Shown here: positions 15,886 through 16,843 of the stretch, one piece after another | Layout of the letters: every line of letters starts with the position of its first letter | How positions within the stretch are numbered: position 1 is the stretch's first letter | DNA from: Chthonomonadales bacterium | GTDB taxonomy: Bacteria; Armatimonadota; Chthonomonadetes; Chthonomonadales; Chthonomonadaceae | Reading direction: 5' to 3' | Assembly: GCA_038217285.1 (NCBI GenBank) | Contig: JBBQPO010000128.1 | Coordinates: 1-16,843, forward strand | Length of the DNA stretch: 16,843 nt | The notes under the pieces: model-generated | Seen by the model: only the letters and a program-made list of their open reading frames with translations | What the model was told of the DNA's origin: nothing | The model's database searches: none | Position numbers and translations under genes: made by a program

Positions 15886-16843
15886 GTGTCGGATATCATC
15901 GCGCAGCAACTCCAGGAGGGGCTGGCAGCTTTAGAGGCCGTTCACAACGTGGCGGAACTGGCCGGAGTCGAAACGAAATATCTGGGCCGTGACAAAGGGC
16001 TGAACGAACTGCGACGCGGCATTCGTAATCTGCCCGCCGAAGAGCGGCCCACTTTCGGAGCGCGCATCAACGAGGCCGTCGCGACCCTGACCGAGCGGAT
16101 CGGCGTCAGGCGTGAGGCGCTGCAGGCGCGCGAGATGGAAGCCCGTCTCGCCGCGGAAGCCCTGGACGTCACGCTCCCTGGCCGCCCCTTACCCGCCGGA
16201 CGCCTGCACCCACTGACACAGACCGCCGATCAGGTCAAGACCGTGCTGAGCGGCATGGGCTATCAGTTCGTGGACGGCCCAGAGCTGGAAGACTACGCCT
16301 ACAACTTCGCGGCGCTCAACTATCCCGAAGATCATCCGGCGATGGATGAGCAGAGTTCGTTCTTCGTCACCGATGACCGCCTGCTCCGCACCCAGACCAC
16401 CGCGCTGCAGGGCCGGATGATGGCGGAGATGCGTCCTCCCTTCCGCTTCGCCACCATCGGCCGTTGCTTCCGCTATGAGGCCGTAGATGCGACCCACCAT
16501 CACACATTCCATCAGGTCGATGTCTTCATGGTGGACGAGAAGATCTCCATGTCCGACCTGAAAGGCACCCTCGGCGCTTTCGCCCGCTCGATGTTCGGCC
16601 CGGAGACGCTGGTGCGGTTCCGTCCGGACTTCTTTCCCTTCGTCGAGCCGGGCGTGGACTATTCGATCTCCTGGCAGGGGCGCTGGCTGGAGATTGGCGG
16701 CGCCGGGCTGATCCATCCCAACATTCTGCGTGCCTACGGCATCAACACCGAGAAGTACAGCGGATTCGCCTTCGGCCTCGGTATCGAGCGCACGCATATG
16801 ATCCAGACAGGCGTCAACGATCTGCGGCTCTACCTGGAAAACG
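15886..16843 (+). CDS. pheS: Phenylalanine--tRNA ligase alpha subunit (3' end outside window; absent from the ORF track)
   Basis: GTG start after AAGGGAG. My translation gives LDVTLPGR, GRLHPL, YNFAALNYPEDHPA, GRCFRYE..DATH, FFPFVEP, WLEIGGAG, GFAFGLGIER. Confidence 0.96.
   Translation, partial: MSDIIAQQLQEGLAALEAVHNVAELAGVETKYLGRDKGLNELRRGIRNLPAEERPTFGARINEAVATLTERIGVRREALQAREMEARLAAEALDVTLPGRPLPAGRLHPLTQTADQVKTVLSGMGYQFVDGPELEDYAYNFAALNYPEDHPAMDEQSSFFVTDDRLLRTQTTALQGRMMAEMRPPFRFATIGRCFRYEAVDATHHHTFHQVDVFMVDEKISMSDLKGTLGAFARSMFGPETLVRFRPDFFPFVEPGVDYSISWQGRWLEIGGAGLIHPNILRAYGINTEKYSGFAFGLGIERTHMIQTGVNDLRLYLEN

Overview
GC-rich bacterial chromosomal window. The DUF1553 and DUF6785-type genes and the overall gene style suggest Armatimonadota or a similar lineage (inference only). 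Left to right it contains: the 3' end of a DUF1553 protein; a convergent stand-alone HNH endonuclease with a ~350-nt leader; a secreted clan GH-A-like hydrolase with a discoidin domain; a DUF6785/6784-type membrane protein; a small toxin-antitoxin islet (an intact antitoxin+PemK/MazF pair facing an antitoxin with a decayed VapC remnant); a PhyH dioxygenase; a SAM methyltransferase; a REP/REPIN-like palindrome cluster; a zinc-ribbon/RNase HI/DUF6807 run; a 71-aa orphan; moeA; and the infC-rpmI-rplT-pheS operon. The most unusual signal is the HNH leader. A near-consensus sigma70 promoter is followed by a His-codon-rich leader ORF (HLHHLHHVFH). Its stop codon overlaps an intrinsic terminator that has a mutually exclusive alternative helix. 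This is his-attenuator-like architecture, but it sits in front of a nuclease. All family calls come from motif recognition, not database searches.
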